From sequence record LR756500.1: a DNA stretch of 41,940 bases; one strand, 5' to 3'. The translations under genes and the position numbers were made by a program. The notes below the pieces were generated by a model. That model was not told where the DNA came from, searched no databases, and saw only the letters and a list, made by a program, of their open reading frames with translations. This document shows, piece by piece, positions 18,258 through 28,194 of this stretch (its first letter is position 1; each line of letters starts with the position of its first letter).

Positions 18258-19733
18258 TTATACTCTTTTTTTAGCACCCTTATTTTCTTCAACAGAAGAA
18301 ATATTTATTTTTTTACCGAATGATACATTAGTATTATTCATTATATCATCTGATATTATCCAAAGTACTTTTTTAGCATACTTTGGAGTTGGTGGCATAG
18401 GAGCCAATCCATCAGTAAAGTACATCATTGCACCTAATTTTTGACCTTTATTTAAATTAGCATTAACCCATTCAAATGGTGGTTCAAATGAAGTTCCACC
18501 TCCACCTTTAAAAGATAATAAATCTTTTGCTATATTATCTCCTTTTAATTTGTGTATTACTGGATCTTGTATATTATAATCACAATGTATTATATAAATA
18601 TCTCTAATATCATAGTTATTGCAAAGATTAAGTATCTCAGCTCCAAATACTTCTAGCATACTAGTACTAACACTTCCAGAAGTATCAACAGCAATAACAA
18701 GATTTCTCATTGAATCTTCTTTATATTTAAGACCTGGTATATAAATTCCTTTACTAATATATCTCCTGTTAGGCATTTTATATTCCATGTTTCTAACAGC
18801 GAGTTTTAAAAATTTTCGTACTTCAGCTCTCCAATTAATTTGTGGAACACTTAATCTTGCAATAATTCTATCTATAGATGAACTACCTAATCCTCTTCCT
18901 TTAGATGCATTTCTTCGCATATAATCTTCCCACCATGTTCCACTTTTTCCTTCTGATTTATTTTCTCCTTCAATTTTACCAAATGTTCCTTTTTTCCATA
19001 CAGCACCAGCATTACCTAATTCAGATCCATGACCTTGTCCGGTTCCATTACATGCAGGACAAGTCGAACTACCTTGACCCTGACCTTGACCCTGTCCTTG
19101 ACCCTGACCTTGACCCTGTCCTTGACCTTGACCCTGACCTTGACCCTGTCCTTGACCTTGACCCTGTCCTTGACCCTGACCCTGTCCTTGACCTCCTGGA
19201 ATAGTTCCTGATCCATTACATCTAGGACATCCTTGTTTTGGAAATTTAGATTTTATTTCATCATAAATATCTTCTGCACTTTCACCATGATATTTTATAT
19301 CATACATTACATCATTAGGCATTTTTATTCCTGATGATTGTTCCATTTCTTTAAGAATACTATTAATAGCATAATCTGCTGCTACATTCCAAGGTTTATG
19401 TTCTCTATTTTTTATTCTTTCATGATGCATTAATGTACAATGTAATACTTCGTGCATAATAACAAATTTAAGTTCGTCCATCGTAAGTTTTAATGTAAAA
19501 TCTGGATCATATACAACAACAATTCCATCTGTTCCCATTGTACCTTGTGCTTCACCATTAATATCTTGTTTCCATTCTAATGCCGCAATAGCTTCTGCAA
19601 AAAATGGAAATTTACCTGAAACTTGACTAATAGCAGTTCTTATTTTTTTATCAGCATCAGGATTATATTTTAATGGATAATTTATAATAAGATTTTCAAA
19701 TATAAAATTTTCATAACTTTTAATATATTTCAT
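18258..19733 (-). CDS. DUF2201-type metallopeptidase + vWA protein with CTS-like leader
   Basis: MGTDG, HEVLH (HExxH), NVAADYAIN, MIDAS motif VDTSGSV, GGGTSF, YFTDG; leader MKYIKSYENFIFEN. Confidence 0.9.
   Translation of the reverse strand: MKYIKSYENFIFENLIINYPLKYNPDADKKIRTAISQVSGKFPFFAEAIAALEWKQDINGEAQGTMGTDGIVVVYDPDFTLKLTMDELKFVIMHEVLHCTLMHHERIKNREHKPWNVAADYAINSILKEMEQSSGIKMPNDVMYDIKYHGESAEDIYDEIKSKFPKQGCPRCNGSGTIPGGQGQGQGQGQGQGQGQGQGQGQGQGQGQGQGQGQGQGQGQGSSTCPACNGTGQGHGSELGNAGAVWKKGTFGKIEGENKSEGKSGTWWEDYMRRNASKGRGLGSSSIDRIIARLSVPQINWRAEVRKFLKLAVRNMEYKMPNRRYISKGIYIPGLKYKEDSMRNLVIAVDTSGSVSTSMLEVFGAEILNLCNNYDIRDIYIIHCDYNIQDPVIHKLKGDNIAKDLLSFKGGGGTSFEPPFEWVNANLNKGQKLGAMMYFTDGLAPMPPTPKYAKKVLWIISDDIMNNTNVSFGKKINISSVEENKGAKKRV
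19071..19196 (-). repeat. (Gly-Gln)20 hexanucleotide microsatellite between two CxxCxGxG motifs
   Basis: 20 in-frame GGN-CAR units; much higher GC than surroundings. Confidence 0.95.
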
Positions 19734-19739
19734 AATATA

Positions 19740-21434
19740 TTACTTTTTATTATATTTTTCTTGATCTTCAGGTCTCCAAAATTCTTGTTTATATGTATCA
19801 CTCCATAATTTAATTGCTTTTTGTACTCCATCAGGATCTTCTGTTTTTAAATATGGATGAACATCTAATATCATTTTAACTAAAAGATTAGCCCATTCCA
19901 TTTGTTTTAATCTAATTGAATATTTTACAACATTTATTAATTCTTTAGAAGTAATTTTTTTTCTACTTCTTTTATAAGCAATTGCAGACATCATAGCTTG
20001 AGCAACATTTGCATTAAGTGATTGTTTATCTTTTCCTCCACCTACATTAAATGTTAAAGGAGCACTAGGTGGAATTTTTGCTTTATCTGGATCAGAGTAT
20101 ACATAATCTATATCTTTATCATCCATATGACCAGCTATAGTATTTTTAAATGCTATAAACATCATAGCAGGAGTTTTGCCTATTGTAGTTTCTAATGCAT
20201 CTAATATATCTTGATCGGTTAATTCTTTTCCTTCTGTTTTAGCTATTTTTTCATACCATGCATATTTTTTTGCTGCTTCAACCCAAGATCTTGGAGAAGC
20301 CCATACTGGAGATTCTTCTCCAATAATATATCTATGAAAATATTTTTCATTAAATTTAATAAAAGCTAGCATATGGCTACTTAATAAAATTTCTTTAGCT
20401 ATTTGTATATCAGAATCTGGATCTTTTTCTTTTGTTTTAAGCCATTTTTCCCATGAAGCAGGATCTGCTACTAAATTAACATGATGAAATCTATTTCCTA
20501 ATGCAGAACCTAAATCTTCAACATCTGCATTTTCTTCTCCACTAGATCTATTTCCAGCAGATATTATAACCCATTCGCTAGGAAGTTCATAATCACCTGT
20601 TTTTAATCCACCTCCTAATTTTCTATCTAAAACAAATTGTAATGAAGCTTTTATTACAGGAATAGCAGCTCTATTCATTTCATCGAAAAATATAATTCCA
20701 CCTTTTCCGTTTTCTCCATTTGTTGTTGGAAATACTAATGGAGTAGCATATCTGGTTCTACCTACTTTAACTATTTTACCAGTAGCATCTGGCATATCAA
20801 CATATACAATTTCAGGTACTCCGACAAAATCTGTTGGATCTTTTAATGATAAATTAAATATAATTAAATCTTTTCCATATTCATCTGCAATTTGTTTAAC
20901 TATATCAGTTTTACCAACACCTGGAGCTCCCCATATAAATAATGGTGATTTTTTTTCTACTGCATATCTTAAATTCATTTTAAGACCTTTAACATCTACA
21001 TTTTTAACTTCTTTACTTGGATGACTTAAATCTAATGGATTTTCTTCACCAACTATTCCTTCTTCCAAATTTTTAATATTAATATCTGGAACATTTTTAT
21101 TTTTTAATGTATTACAATAATATTCTATTCCCCATTTTTTAAGTTGTCCTTTTTTTTGTAAAAATAATAAATTATATGACCAAGCATGTTTTCCAAATTT
21201 TTCAATAAACCAATTTGTTATTTTAGTCCATATTGCATTAAATAATCCTTCATTTAATTCATCATTTAATTCATCATTATTATTAAAATTAGAATATATT
21301 TCATCTAATTCATCATAAGCTGAATTAAATTCAGGTTCAGGTTCAGCTTTATTTACAATTTTATTAAATTTATATTCTGCCAATAAATTAATAGAAATAT
21401 GTTCAGAATACTGCGTAAAATTTTTGAAACTCAT
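19740..21434 (-). CDS. MoxR/dynein-related AAA+ ATPase
   Basis: Walker A WGAPGVGKT, Walker B IFFDEMNRA, sensor SAGN, ALGNRF, SPRSW; adjacent to vWA partner. Confidence 0.92.
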   Translation of the reverse strand: MSFKNFTQYSEHISINLLAEYKFNKIVNKAEPEPEFNSAYDELDEIYSNFNNNDELNDELNEGLFNAIWTKITNWFIEKFGKHAWSYNLLFLQKKGQLKKWGIEYYCNTLKNKNVPDINIKNLEEGIVGEENPLDLSHPSKEVKNVDVKGLKMNLRYAVEKKSPLFIWGAPGVGKTDIVKQIADEYGKDLIIFNLSLKDPTDFVGVPEIVYVDMPDATGKIVKVGRTRYATPLVFPTTNGENGKGGIIFFDEMNRAAIPVIKASLQFVLDRKLGGGLKTGDYELPSEWVIISAGNRSSGEENADVEDLGSALGNRFHHVNLVADPASWEKWLKTKEKDPDSDIQIAKEILLSSHMLAFIKFNEKYFHRYIIGEESPVWASPRSWVEAAKKYAWYEKIAKTEGKELTDQDILDALETTIGKTPAMMFIAFKNTIAGHMDDKDIDYVYSDPDKAKIPPSAPLTFNVGGGKDKQSLNANVAQAMMSAIAYKRSRKKITSKELINVVKYSIRLKQMEWANLLVKMILDVHPYLKTEDPDGVQKAIKLWSDTYKQEFWRPEDQEKYNKK

Positions 21435-21448
21435 AACTTTTATTTTTT

Positions 21449-21457
21449 TTATATATT
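21449..21457 (-). promoter_or_regulatory. AATATATAA, AAA+/vWA/terS operon
   Basis: Overlaps gp14-like stop, upstream of ATG 21434. Confidence 0.55.
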
Positions 21458-23405
21458 AACGATTGTTTGCTTTTCTTGCTAGACGTATACCAGGCATTGC
21501 ATTATCTACTATTTCACTTAAATGAGTATCAGCAACAACATATTGATTTAATATTAAAGATTGTTCTTCTTCTTCAATAGGTGATTTAAATATTCTTATA
21601 TTGGTTAACTCTATTGGGCATGAAATTAATTTCCAATCTAACCCATCTGTTATAATATATTTTTCATTTAATTGTTTAGTTTCAGTAAATGAATTTTTTA
21701 GTGTACTACCAATATTAAATGCTCCAGTACCTGTTATTTTTTCTATTTCATATACGAATAAACTTAATTGTTTAAATGTATTAGAAAAATTGATAACTAT
21801 TCCATACCAATTATCAGTTAAAATTTGAAAATCTTTTGCTTTTAAATCAAAGTAATAATCATAATTATTAATATTTATAATAAATGCATCCTTTATAAAA
21901 CCAATTTCAAATTTATCGCTATATTGTAAATATTTGCAATATTCATATTTTCTGGACCTTGCATTAATACGCACATTTGTTATATATATGGTACTAATTG
22001 TAAATTTATTGCTATTAACAGCTATAATGCGATGTATACCATTATAATCTTGTGTACCTGTTATTCTAACGATATCACCAACTACATAGTCATTTGTAGC
22101 TAATTGAAATACAGTGTTATTATTGATATCAGATTCTATATTTTCTATAACCAATGAATTATATGATATTCTGCTAGAAGATTTTATCCACATTGTAAAT
22201 GCTCTATTTTCATCAACTGTTATTCCTTTATTATATCTATAAATAGCTGCAATGCTATCTTTAGTTATAGAAGATAGATCATATTGATATTTTGATATTA
22301 CAGTATAATTATTTCTAATTTGATTATCATTAATTTTTAATCTTATATCTATTTCTTTTCTTATATAATCTTTATCATTAGTTCCTAATGTATTATATTG
22401 ATTAGCTTTTCTAACTTTAATTATCTCTTCTTCTTTTTCTTCTTTAAATCTTTCTTCTGTACTATCAATTATACTATCAATTTCTTCTCTAATTTCAGGA
22501 CCAGCTTCTTCTTGTTCATAATCTCTATTCTGTCTATCTTGCCAATCAGTTAAATTAACTTTATAAAAAGGAGTTTCATATAAAGAAGCATTTGGTAAAG
22601 CTATAGAATTTATTTCAAACATTCTATCAATCATTGGAAACCATATTGCATCTCCTTGTCCTGGTCTTTCTCCTTTTCCAAATGCTGCTTCAAAATGAGT
22701 TTTAATTATATGTACTTCAAACATATCTGGAACTTCCATATCTAATTGACTAAAATGAATTTCACGGCTTGGAAATTCATTATTAGGAACAACAACTTTT
22801 AAATCATCAACTTCCTTAACATTGTATAAAGAATATTCTTTAAATATAACATCTCTAGAATCTGATTTTGGATTTTGTTTATAATATCTAACAGGTAGTC
22901 CAAATATTGTTCCTACTAAACAACTTAATTGATTATAATTAGATCTAGCATTTTGTAAATTTGCATATGGATCAAATACAGCTTCTGGACAACAATCGTC
23001 AATTATTAATGTTTCATTTGGAGCACAATCATCACCATTACAATATTCAACACATGGAATATCTACAATAGATCCATTAGTTGTTATTGTTTCTAACGAT
23101 ATTGATTCAAAAGTTAATGTATTTCCAGTACTTATAGATTCAACTTCATATTTATATTGTATCCAAAAAGGCTTAGTTGAATCTAATTCTAATTCTTGTA
23201 AATTATCATTAGTTAAAATAATCCAATCTGAATAAAATTTATTATCAATTGACCATCTAAAATATTTATAAAAAAAATTATATGTATCTTCACCAGAAAT
23301 TTCATCTTGATAAGATTCAATACTTGAAATATTCTCGTAAGGTTTAATTAAACTTATAAATAAAATATCTCCCTTTTGTGTAGCTGATCTTCCTTCTACT
23401 GCCAT
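21456..23405 (-). CDS. Neck/head-closure protein (T4 gp14-like) with N- and C-terminal extensions
   Basis: RPGQGDAIWFPMIDRMFEINSI matches the gp14 motif PxxGDxIxFPxxxxLFEI; GLPVRYY..DVIFKEY. Confidence 0.7.
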   Translation of the reverse strand: MAVEGRSATQKGDILFISLIKPYENISSIESYQDEISGEDTYNFFYKYFRWSIDNKFYSDWIILTNDNLQELELDSTKPFWIQYKYEVESISTGNTLTFESISLETITTNGSIVDIPCVEYCNGDDCAPNETLIIDDCCPEAVFDPYANLQNARSNYNQLSCLVGTIFGLPVRYYKQNPKSDSRDVIFKEYSLYNVKEVDDLKVVVPNNEFPSREIHFSQLDMEVPDMFEVHIIKTHFEAAFGKGERPGQGDAIWFPMIDRMFEINSIALPNASLYETPFYKVNLTDWQDRQNRDYEQEEAGPEIREEIDSIIDSTEERFKEEKEEEIIKVRKANQYNTLGTNDKDYIRKEIDIRLKINDNQIRNNYTVISKYQYDLSSITKDSIAAIYRYNKGITVDENRAFTMWIKSSSRISYNSLVIENIESDINNNTVFQLATNDYVVGDIVRITGTQDYNGIHRIIAVNSNKFTISTIYITNVRINARSRKYEYCKYLQYSDKFEIGFIKDAFIININNYDYYFDLKAKDFQILTDNWYGIVINFSNTFKQLSLFVYEIEKITGTGAFNIGSTLKNSFTETKQLNEKYIITDGLDWKLISCPIELTNIRIFKSPIEEEEQSLILNQYVVADTHLSEIVDNAMPGIRLARKANNR

Positions 23406-23431
23406 TTTTTATTTTGTTATACATTTATTTA

Positions 23432-23440
23432 TTATATATC
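23432..23440 (-). promoter_or_regulatory. GATATATAA, neck gene
   Basis: Between terminator hairpin and ATG 23405. Confidence 0.65.
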
Positions 23441-23450
23441 CCAAAATAAA

Positions 23451-23478
23451 AAAGGGATAACTTAATTGTTATCCCTTT
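23451..23478. terminator. Terminator-like hairpin between replication block and neck gene
   Basis: AAAGGGATAAC-ttaatt-GTTATCCCTTT, immediately upstream (minus sense) of a GATATATAA motif. Confidence 0.75.
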
Positions 23479-23503
23479 AAAGTAATATAAGTTTATAGTA
23501 AAA

Positions 23504-24175
23504 TTAAAAATCGGTTTTAATTATTAAAAAGCAATCATCTTCTTCTATTTTAGTTTCAAGCATTTCATATATAATTGAAATTACATCTTGAATATCTTGA
23601 ATAAATAGTGGATCAATTTTTTCAACAGCCATTAATCTAGATATAAAATCTTTTGATTTAATAATATAATAAGGATCTATTCCAATTGATAAATCTTTAT
23701 CATATACATTCATAAAACTTAAAAGTTCATTTAAATTATGTAATTGTTCTAAATTTAAATATTTAGGAAAATCTAATATACCTTGATGCACTTTATAATC
23801 AAATCCAACTAAACGCTGATGATTAGAATAAAATACTCTACTAAAATTTCTTTTATCAGAAATTTCAACATTTAACATTTTTAAATTTTCGAAATTACTT
23901 AATATATTATTTAAAAAATATGCGCTATTAACATTATTAAATAACGTTTCAGATGGCACTGCATTTATTCGTTCTATTTCTTTATTAAATTTATTTTTAA
24001 TAATTTTTTCTAAATCTTCTTTATTTACAGAATAAATATTCTTCTGATTAGTTATATAATATGTACTTTTTCTAATTTCATTAATAATTAAATTATCAAA
24101 ATAATTATTTTTATAAAGAATAATATTTATAATTAATGGTACACTGTAAAATTTAGATTCTTTTTTAACAAACAT
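23504..24175 (-). CDS. Hypothetical protein
   Basis: 223-aa ORF in operon, no motif recognised. Confidence 0.7.
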   Translation of the reverse strand: MFVKKESKFYSVPLIINIILYKNNYFDNLIINEIRKSTYYITNQKNIYSVNKEDLEKIIKNKFNKEIERINAVPSETLFNNVNSAYFLNNILSNFENLKMLNVEISDKRNFSRVFYSNHQRLVGFDYKVHQGILDFPKYLNLEQLHNLNELLSFMNVYDKDLSIGIDPYYIIKSKDFISRLMAVEKIDPLFIQDIQDVISIIYEMLETKIEEDDCFLIIKTDF

Positions 24176-24179
24176 AATG

Positions 24180-24620
24180 TTATTCTTTTAAATTTCTTTT
24201 TTGAATCTTTGTCATTTGTTTTTCAAGTGTTTTTAAATCATTTACAACAATAGTTTCATTATATTTTAATGCATCTTTATATTCTTTCATTCCTATTTCA
24301 TTAATCTGAAGATACATATCTAATATTTCATCTTCAGGAGAATATTCTTTAGTATCTTTTTGATTTTTATTAGTTTTAGTAAAAATCCAACTAGGAGTTT
24401 TTTTATATTGTTGAGCAACCATTTGCCAACAATCAACTAGTCCAGCAGGATCCATTCCTACCTTATTAAATAAAGCAGCTTGTACTGGATATTTTATACT
24501 GCAAAATCTATTCATCATAAATGCATGTTTAGCTTTTTGATGTCTAGTTAACTTTTTATAATTTTGAGGTTCATTAAAAAATACTCTAATAAAATCAAAT
24601 AATTTATCTACATCTATCAT
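24180..24620 (-). CDS. Hypothetical protein, possibly clamp-loader small subunit (gp62-like)
   Basis: Size, FMMNRFCS..PSW pattern loosely like gp62 family, near gp44-like gene; weak. Confidence 0.4.
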   Translation of the reverse strand: MIDVDKLFDFIRVFFNEPQNYKKLTRHQKAKHAFMMNRFCSIKYPVQAALFNKVGMDPAGLVDCWQMVAQQYKKTPSWIFTKTNKNQKDTKEYSPEDEILDMYLQINEIGMKEYKDALKYNETIVVNDLKTLEKQMTKIQKRNLKE

Positions 24621-24623
24621 ATT

Positions 24624-25826
24624 TTAAAATAATGAATTATCACTAATAATATCTTTAATATCAAAATTATCTTCTTCATCATCCTTAAAGAAATTAAATT
24701 GAGACGGAACAAATACATTATTAACATGTTCAGTATCTTTTAATATAGATTCTTTTGTTACAAAATTATTAATATCTTGTTGTAATTTTGAAAATACTTC
24801 TATATCTTTAAACATTTGTTGTTGAATTTGTTGTGGTATAGCTCTACTATGTAGCATAATTAACATAGTATTATTTTCAATATTATTTAAAATATCTTGA
24901 TAAGTCATTTTAGTTGCATTAAGTTCATGTATTATTATTTTAGCAACTTCTTCTCTATATGATTTATCAAATAAATAAATACTTTTAAAATCTTTATGTT
25001 TTTCAGTTAATACATCCCATACTCTATCAGCTTTTTTATCACTAACTCCGTATCTTCTTCCATTTTTTTCATACCAATATACAGATTTTATATTATCACC
25101 AGCATCACCACTTAATATTTTTTTAAATATAAATTCATTAGAATTAACTGTAATTGTTTGTAATTGATGTTTTTTAACTAAATCTTTAAGTAAAGTTTTT
25201 GTTATATTATCTCCATGAATAGTTTGATTCATTTCAAATATATTTGTAATTTCGTTACTTATATCAGATTTAAGCCAATCTATAAATCCAGGATATCCAA
25301 CTATTTTTTTACTCATTCTATTTTTGGTATAAAATATAGTATGAGCTTTAGTTGATTCATTATAATCAACTAATTGCATTAAATCTCCGTCACCTGAAAC
25401 TATTATAACATTATCTCCCTCTAAATTCAAAGCTTTAGACCAAGCAAAAACTAAATCATCACCTTCAGCACCAGGAACTCTGTGTATAATCATTCCCTTA
25501 TTTTTTAATATAGTTGAAAATTCATCTATACAATTATAGAAACTAGACCAATCGATATTATCTGATGGAACTCTATTTCCTTTATATGCTTGTTCAGGAT
25601 AAAAATCCTTTCTCCATGACGATGAATCAATTACAAAAACTATCCTTTTAAGAATAGGTTTAAACCTTCTAATTTCAGCTGCGAAATCTAATGCTAACTT
25701 ACCAATAAAAGTACTTTGATCATTTTTAGATTCTAATAATTTTCCTTTACTTTCATTAGGCAGAACATAAAGCGTCTTATGAAAAAAATAGTTGCCATCG
25801 AAAATAATTGTATGTTTTTTACTCAT
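24624..25826 (-). CDS. rnh: RNase H / 5'-3' exonuclease (T4 rnh-like)
   Basis: IIFDGN, SWRKDFYP..YKGNR, EGDD, SGDGDLMQL, GDAGDNI. Confidence 0.92.
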   Translation of the reverse strand: MSKKHTIIFDGNYFFHKTLYVLPNESKGKLLESKNDQSTFIGKLALDFAAEIRRFKPILKRIVFVIDSSSWRKDFYPEQAYKGNRVPSDNIDWSSFYNCIDEFSTILKNKGMIIHRVPGAEGDDLVFAWSKALNLEGDNVIIVSGDGDLMQLVDYNESTKAHTIFYTKNRMSKKIVGYPGFIDWLKSDISNEITNIFEMNQTIHGDNITKTLLKDLVKKHQLQTITVNSNEFIFKKILSGDAGDNIKSVYWYEKNGRRYGVSDKKADRVWDVLTEKHKDFKSIYLFDKSYREEVAKIIIHELNATKMTYQDILNNIENNTMLIMLHSRAIPQQIQQQMFKDIEVFSKLQQDINNFVTKESILKDTEHVNNVFVPSQFNFFKDDEEDNFDIKDIISDNSLF

Positions 25827-26043
25827 TAGTATATTTTATTAATAGTACTTTATTTTCTTTTAAGATATTAGTACCATTTTGTATATAGATTTTTTCTTTA
25901 TTTTCATCTATTACAGCTAGTTTTATAGAAGTAATATCTATTTCAGTATAACCTATAATTCCATGTTCATCATTAATTATTTCATATGCTAATCCTTGAG
26001 TAGCTATATTTTTTAATTTTTCTTTTGATAATTTTATTTCCAT
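25819..26043 (-). CDS. Small hypothetical protein
   Basis: 74 aa, overlaps rnh start, promoter-like motif at 26068-26076. Confidence 0.6.
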   Translation of the reverse strand: MEIKLSKEKLKNIATQGLAYEIINDEHGIIGYTEIDITSIKLAVIDENKEKIYIQNGTNILKENKVLLIKYTNE

Positions 26044-26075
26044 TTTATTTAAATTTAATAATTTAGTTTATATAT

Positions 26076-26837
26076 TTATACATTATTAACTACGTTTTGA
26101 ATCTCATAAATCGCGGCCAATAGTGAAATCTGTGGATCAATTACCTGTTGACGAGTAGATTGATATTTATTTACAGTTATAATAATTTGTGGAAGATATT
26201 TTAATTTATCAGGTTTTTCTTGTTGTAAATATTCAATAAATTCTGTACCTAAAGATGCTAATACATCATCAACTCTATTAGAATAATTAGAAACTAAATA
26301 TTGATAATTTTTAACAGGATCTATATTATCGAAAATTAATTGAAATATATCTTTATAAACGCTATTAAATTTTTTAATATCATCTATTGATATTTTTTCT
26401 TTACCTTCATTTTTATATCCTTGTAAAGTATTTAGCATACTTCTAAAGTCAGGAAATTTTCTTTTAACTAATTCTAATAATGCTTCTTTATCTATAATTA
26501 AATTTTCAGCTTTACATATATTCCACAATCTAATTAAATAACCTTTCATTAATTCAGATTCTTCTTCTTTAGAAAAATCAAAATTAATTAATTCAAATCT
26601 AGATTTAACTGCTTCATCTATTTTATTAATATAATTACTAGTAGCAATAAATCTAGAATTAGCATGAAATTCTTCCATAGATGCTTTAAATGCTTTAAAA
26701 AATTGCTGTGAAGCACCATCACAATTATGAGTACATATTCCATTTTCTGTTAAAAATGTATGATTTTTATATACTGTTAAATTTAAAACTCTTCCTTTAT
26801 CTATTTTTTTAATTTGTTTTATTTTAAATGTTTTCAT
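26076..26837 (-). CDS. Clamp loader (gp44/RFC-like) C-terminal part, preceded by split-intein IntC (aa 1-38)
   Basis: MKTFKIKQIKK..NLTV..NHTFLTENGICTHN|CDGAS, then RFIATSN..KIDEAVKSRF, FPDFRS. Confidence 0.92.
   Translation of the reverse strand: MKTFKIKQIKKIDKGRVLNLTVYKNHTFLTENGICTHNCDGASQQFFKAFKASMEEFHANSRFIATSNYINKIDEAVKSRFELINFDFSKEEESELMKGYLIRLWNICKAENLIIDKEALLELVKRKFPDFRSMLNTLQGYKNEGKEKISIDDIKKFNSVYKDIFQLIFDNIDPVKNYQYLVSNYSNRVDDVLASLGTEFIEYLQQEKPDKLKYLPQIIITVNKYQSTRQQVIDPQISLLAAIYEIQNVVNNV
26724..26837 (-). mobile_element. Split intein C-fragment (38 aa, His-Asn end, +1 Cys)
   Basis: Canonical block F/G, Lys-rich. Confidence 0.9.
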
Positions 26838-28155
26838 TTATTAAAAAATTTTTGATTTTATTATTTACTTTTTCTGGAATTTTAAAATTATTTTTTTTAA
26901 CAATATTATCGAAATGTATATATGTATAATTTTTAAAAAAAAATTCATCAATTCTTTTATATGTAAAAAAATTTAAGTTACACCAATAAATTAAACTTTC
27001 TTCTTTTAAAATATTAATATCTTTATTCATATAAATTGATGGTTTTATTTCATATACAACTTTATTTTTATAATCTATAAAATCTATTATATAAATTTTT
27101 TCAATATTATTATAAGTATAAGGTATTCTTAAATCTTCATATTTTAAATCTAAATTTTCATTTAAAATAAAAAAACATAATTCCCAAGAACTTCTAAATT
27201 TATACTCAATATTATTGTGTCTTAAATAAATATCTAATTTTGTCCAATAATTATTAATATTAGGTTTAAATCTATTTTCTGATATAGCCTTCTTAAGAGC
27301 AATACTTTGTTTTTTCCTTCTTTCATCGGTAACATAAAATTTAAAATTTTTATGATAACATTTTAATGAACAGGTATATTGTGATTTTGTTTTTCCTTTT
27401 CCAAATAATTGTTTATATTCATATTCTTTATCACATATTTTACATATTTTAATATTTTCATGATAATATGTTTTTACAAAATCTAAAAATTTATCTTTAT
27501 ATAGTTTTTTATAAAAAAATCTTTTATTTCTTAAATTCTTTTTAATATAAAAACAAGTATCCTCACTTAAATAATAATCTTTTAAATCAATTTTCTTTTT
27601 ATTATAAAAATAATTTAATCTAAAATCATTAAACATATTAATGGGATTTTCAACTTTGTTTAATATGAAATTTTTATATAAAATATGTTTTACCTTTTTA
27701 ATATCTTTATATTCATTTAATAATTTATAACTTATTAAATTTAAATATGAATAATCATAAGGTTGAAAATTATCAATTATATGTTCATTTTTAAAAAAAT
27801 ATCTTTTATATTTTTGACAATAATCATCATTACATTTATAAATTCTTCTATTTTTTAAATCTTTAATCTTTATATTATTATTACATATTTTACATTTTAC
27901 AATCTTTTCATCATTTTTTTCCTTTTTTAATTTATTACGTTTTTTTGCACATTCTATTAAAAATGTTTTTTGACATTTTTCATTACAACATATTTCTTTA
28001 TATCCTGTAAAAAAACCTCTAAATTTTGCATTAGATCCACAATATTTACACTTAGGTATATTTATATTATTTTCTTTTAAATATGCTTCTTCAATAGAAG
28101 CATATTTAAATCTAAATTTATTAATTAAACTTCTATTATAACTACTATAACCCAT
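26824..28155 (-). CDS. Free-standing TnsA-like PD-(D/E)xK endonuclease between the clamp-loader halves
   Basis: Several CxxC Zn motifs, FRSSWE..IPY..YIIDFID..YEIKP; own TATAAATA promoter. Confidence 0.8.
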   Translation of the reverse strand: MGYSSYNRSLINKFRFKYASIEEAYLKENNINIPKCKYCGSNAKFRGFFTGYKEICCNEKCQKTFLIECAKKRNKLKKEKNDEKIVKCKICNNNIKIKDLKNRRIYKCNDDYCQKYKRYFFKNEHIIDNFQPYDYSYLNLISYKLLNEYKDIKKVKHILYKNFILNKVENPINMFNDFRLNYFYNKKKIDLKDYYLSEDTCFYIKKNLRNKRFFYKKLYKDKFLDFVKTYYHENIKICKICDKEYEYKQLFGKGKTKSQYTCSLKCYHKNFKFYVTDERRKKQSIALKKAISENRFKPNINNYWTKLDIYLRHNNIEYKFRSSWELCFFILNENLDLKYEDLRIPYTYNNIEKIYIIDFIDYKNKVVYEIKPSIYMNKDINILKEESLIYWCNLNFFTYKRIDEFFFKNYTYIHFDNIVKKNNFKIPEKVNNKIKNFLINENI

Positions 28156-28164
28156 TAATATTTT

Positions 28165-28176
28165 TATTTATATATC
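28165..28176 (-). promoter_or_regulatory. GATATATAAATA, TnsA-like endonuclease
   Basis: Upstream of ATG 28155. Confidence 0.7.
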
Positions 28177-28194
28177 CCATTATATTTTTAAATG

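Noticed and set aside
18905-19216. Three overlapping ORFs with DPDL, VRVK and TLTL repeats
   Set aside because: Alternative frames of the stop-free GQ hexamer repeat.
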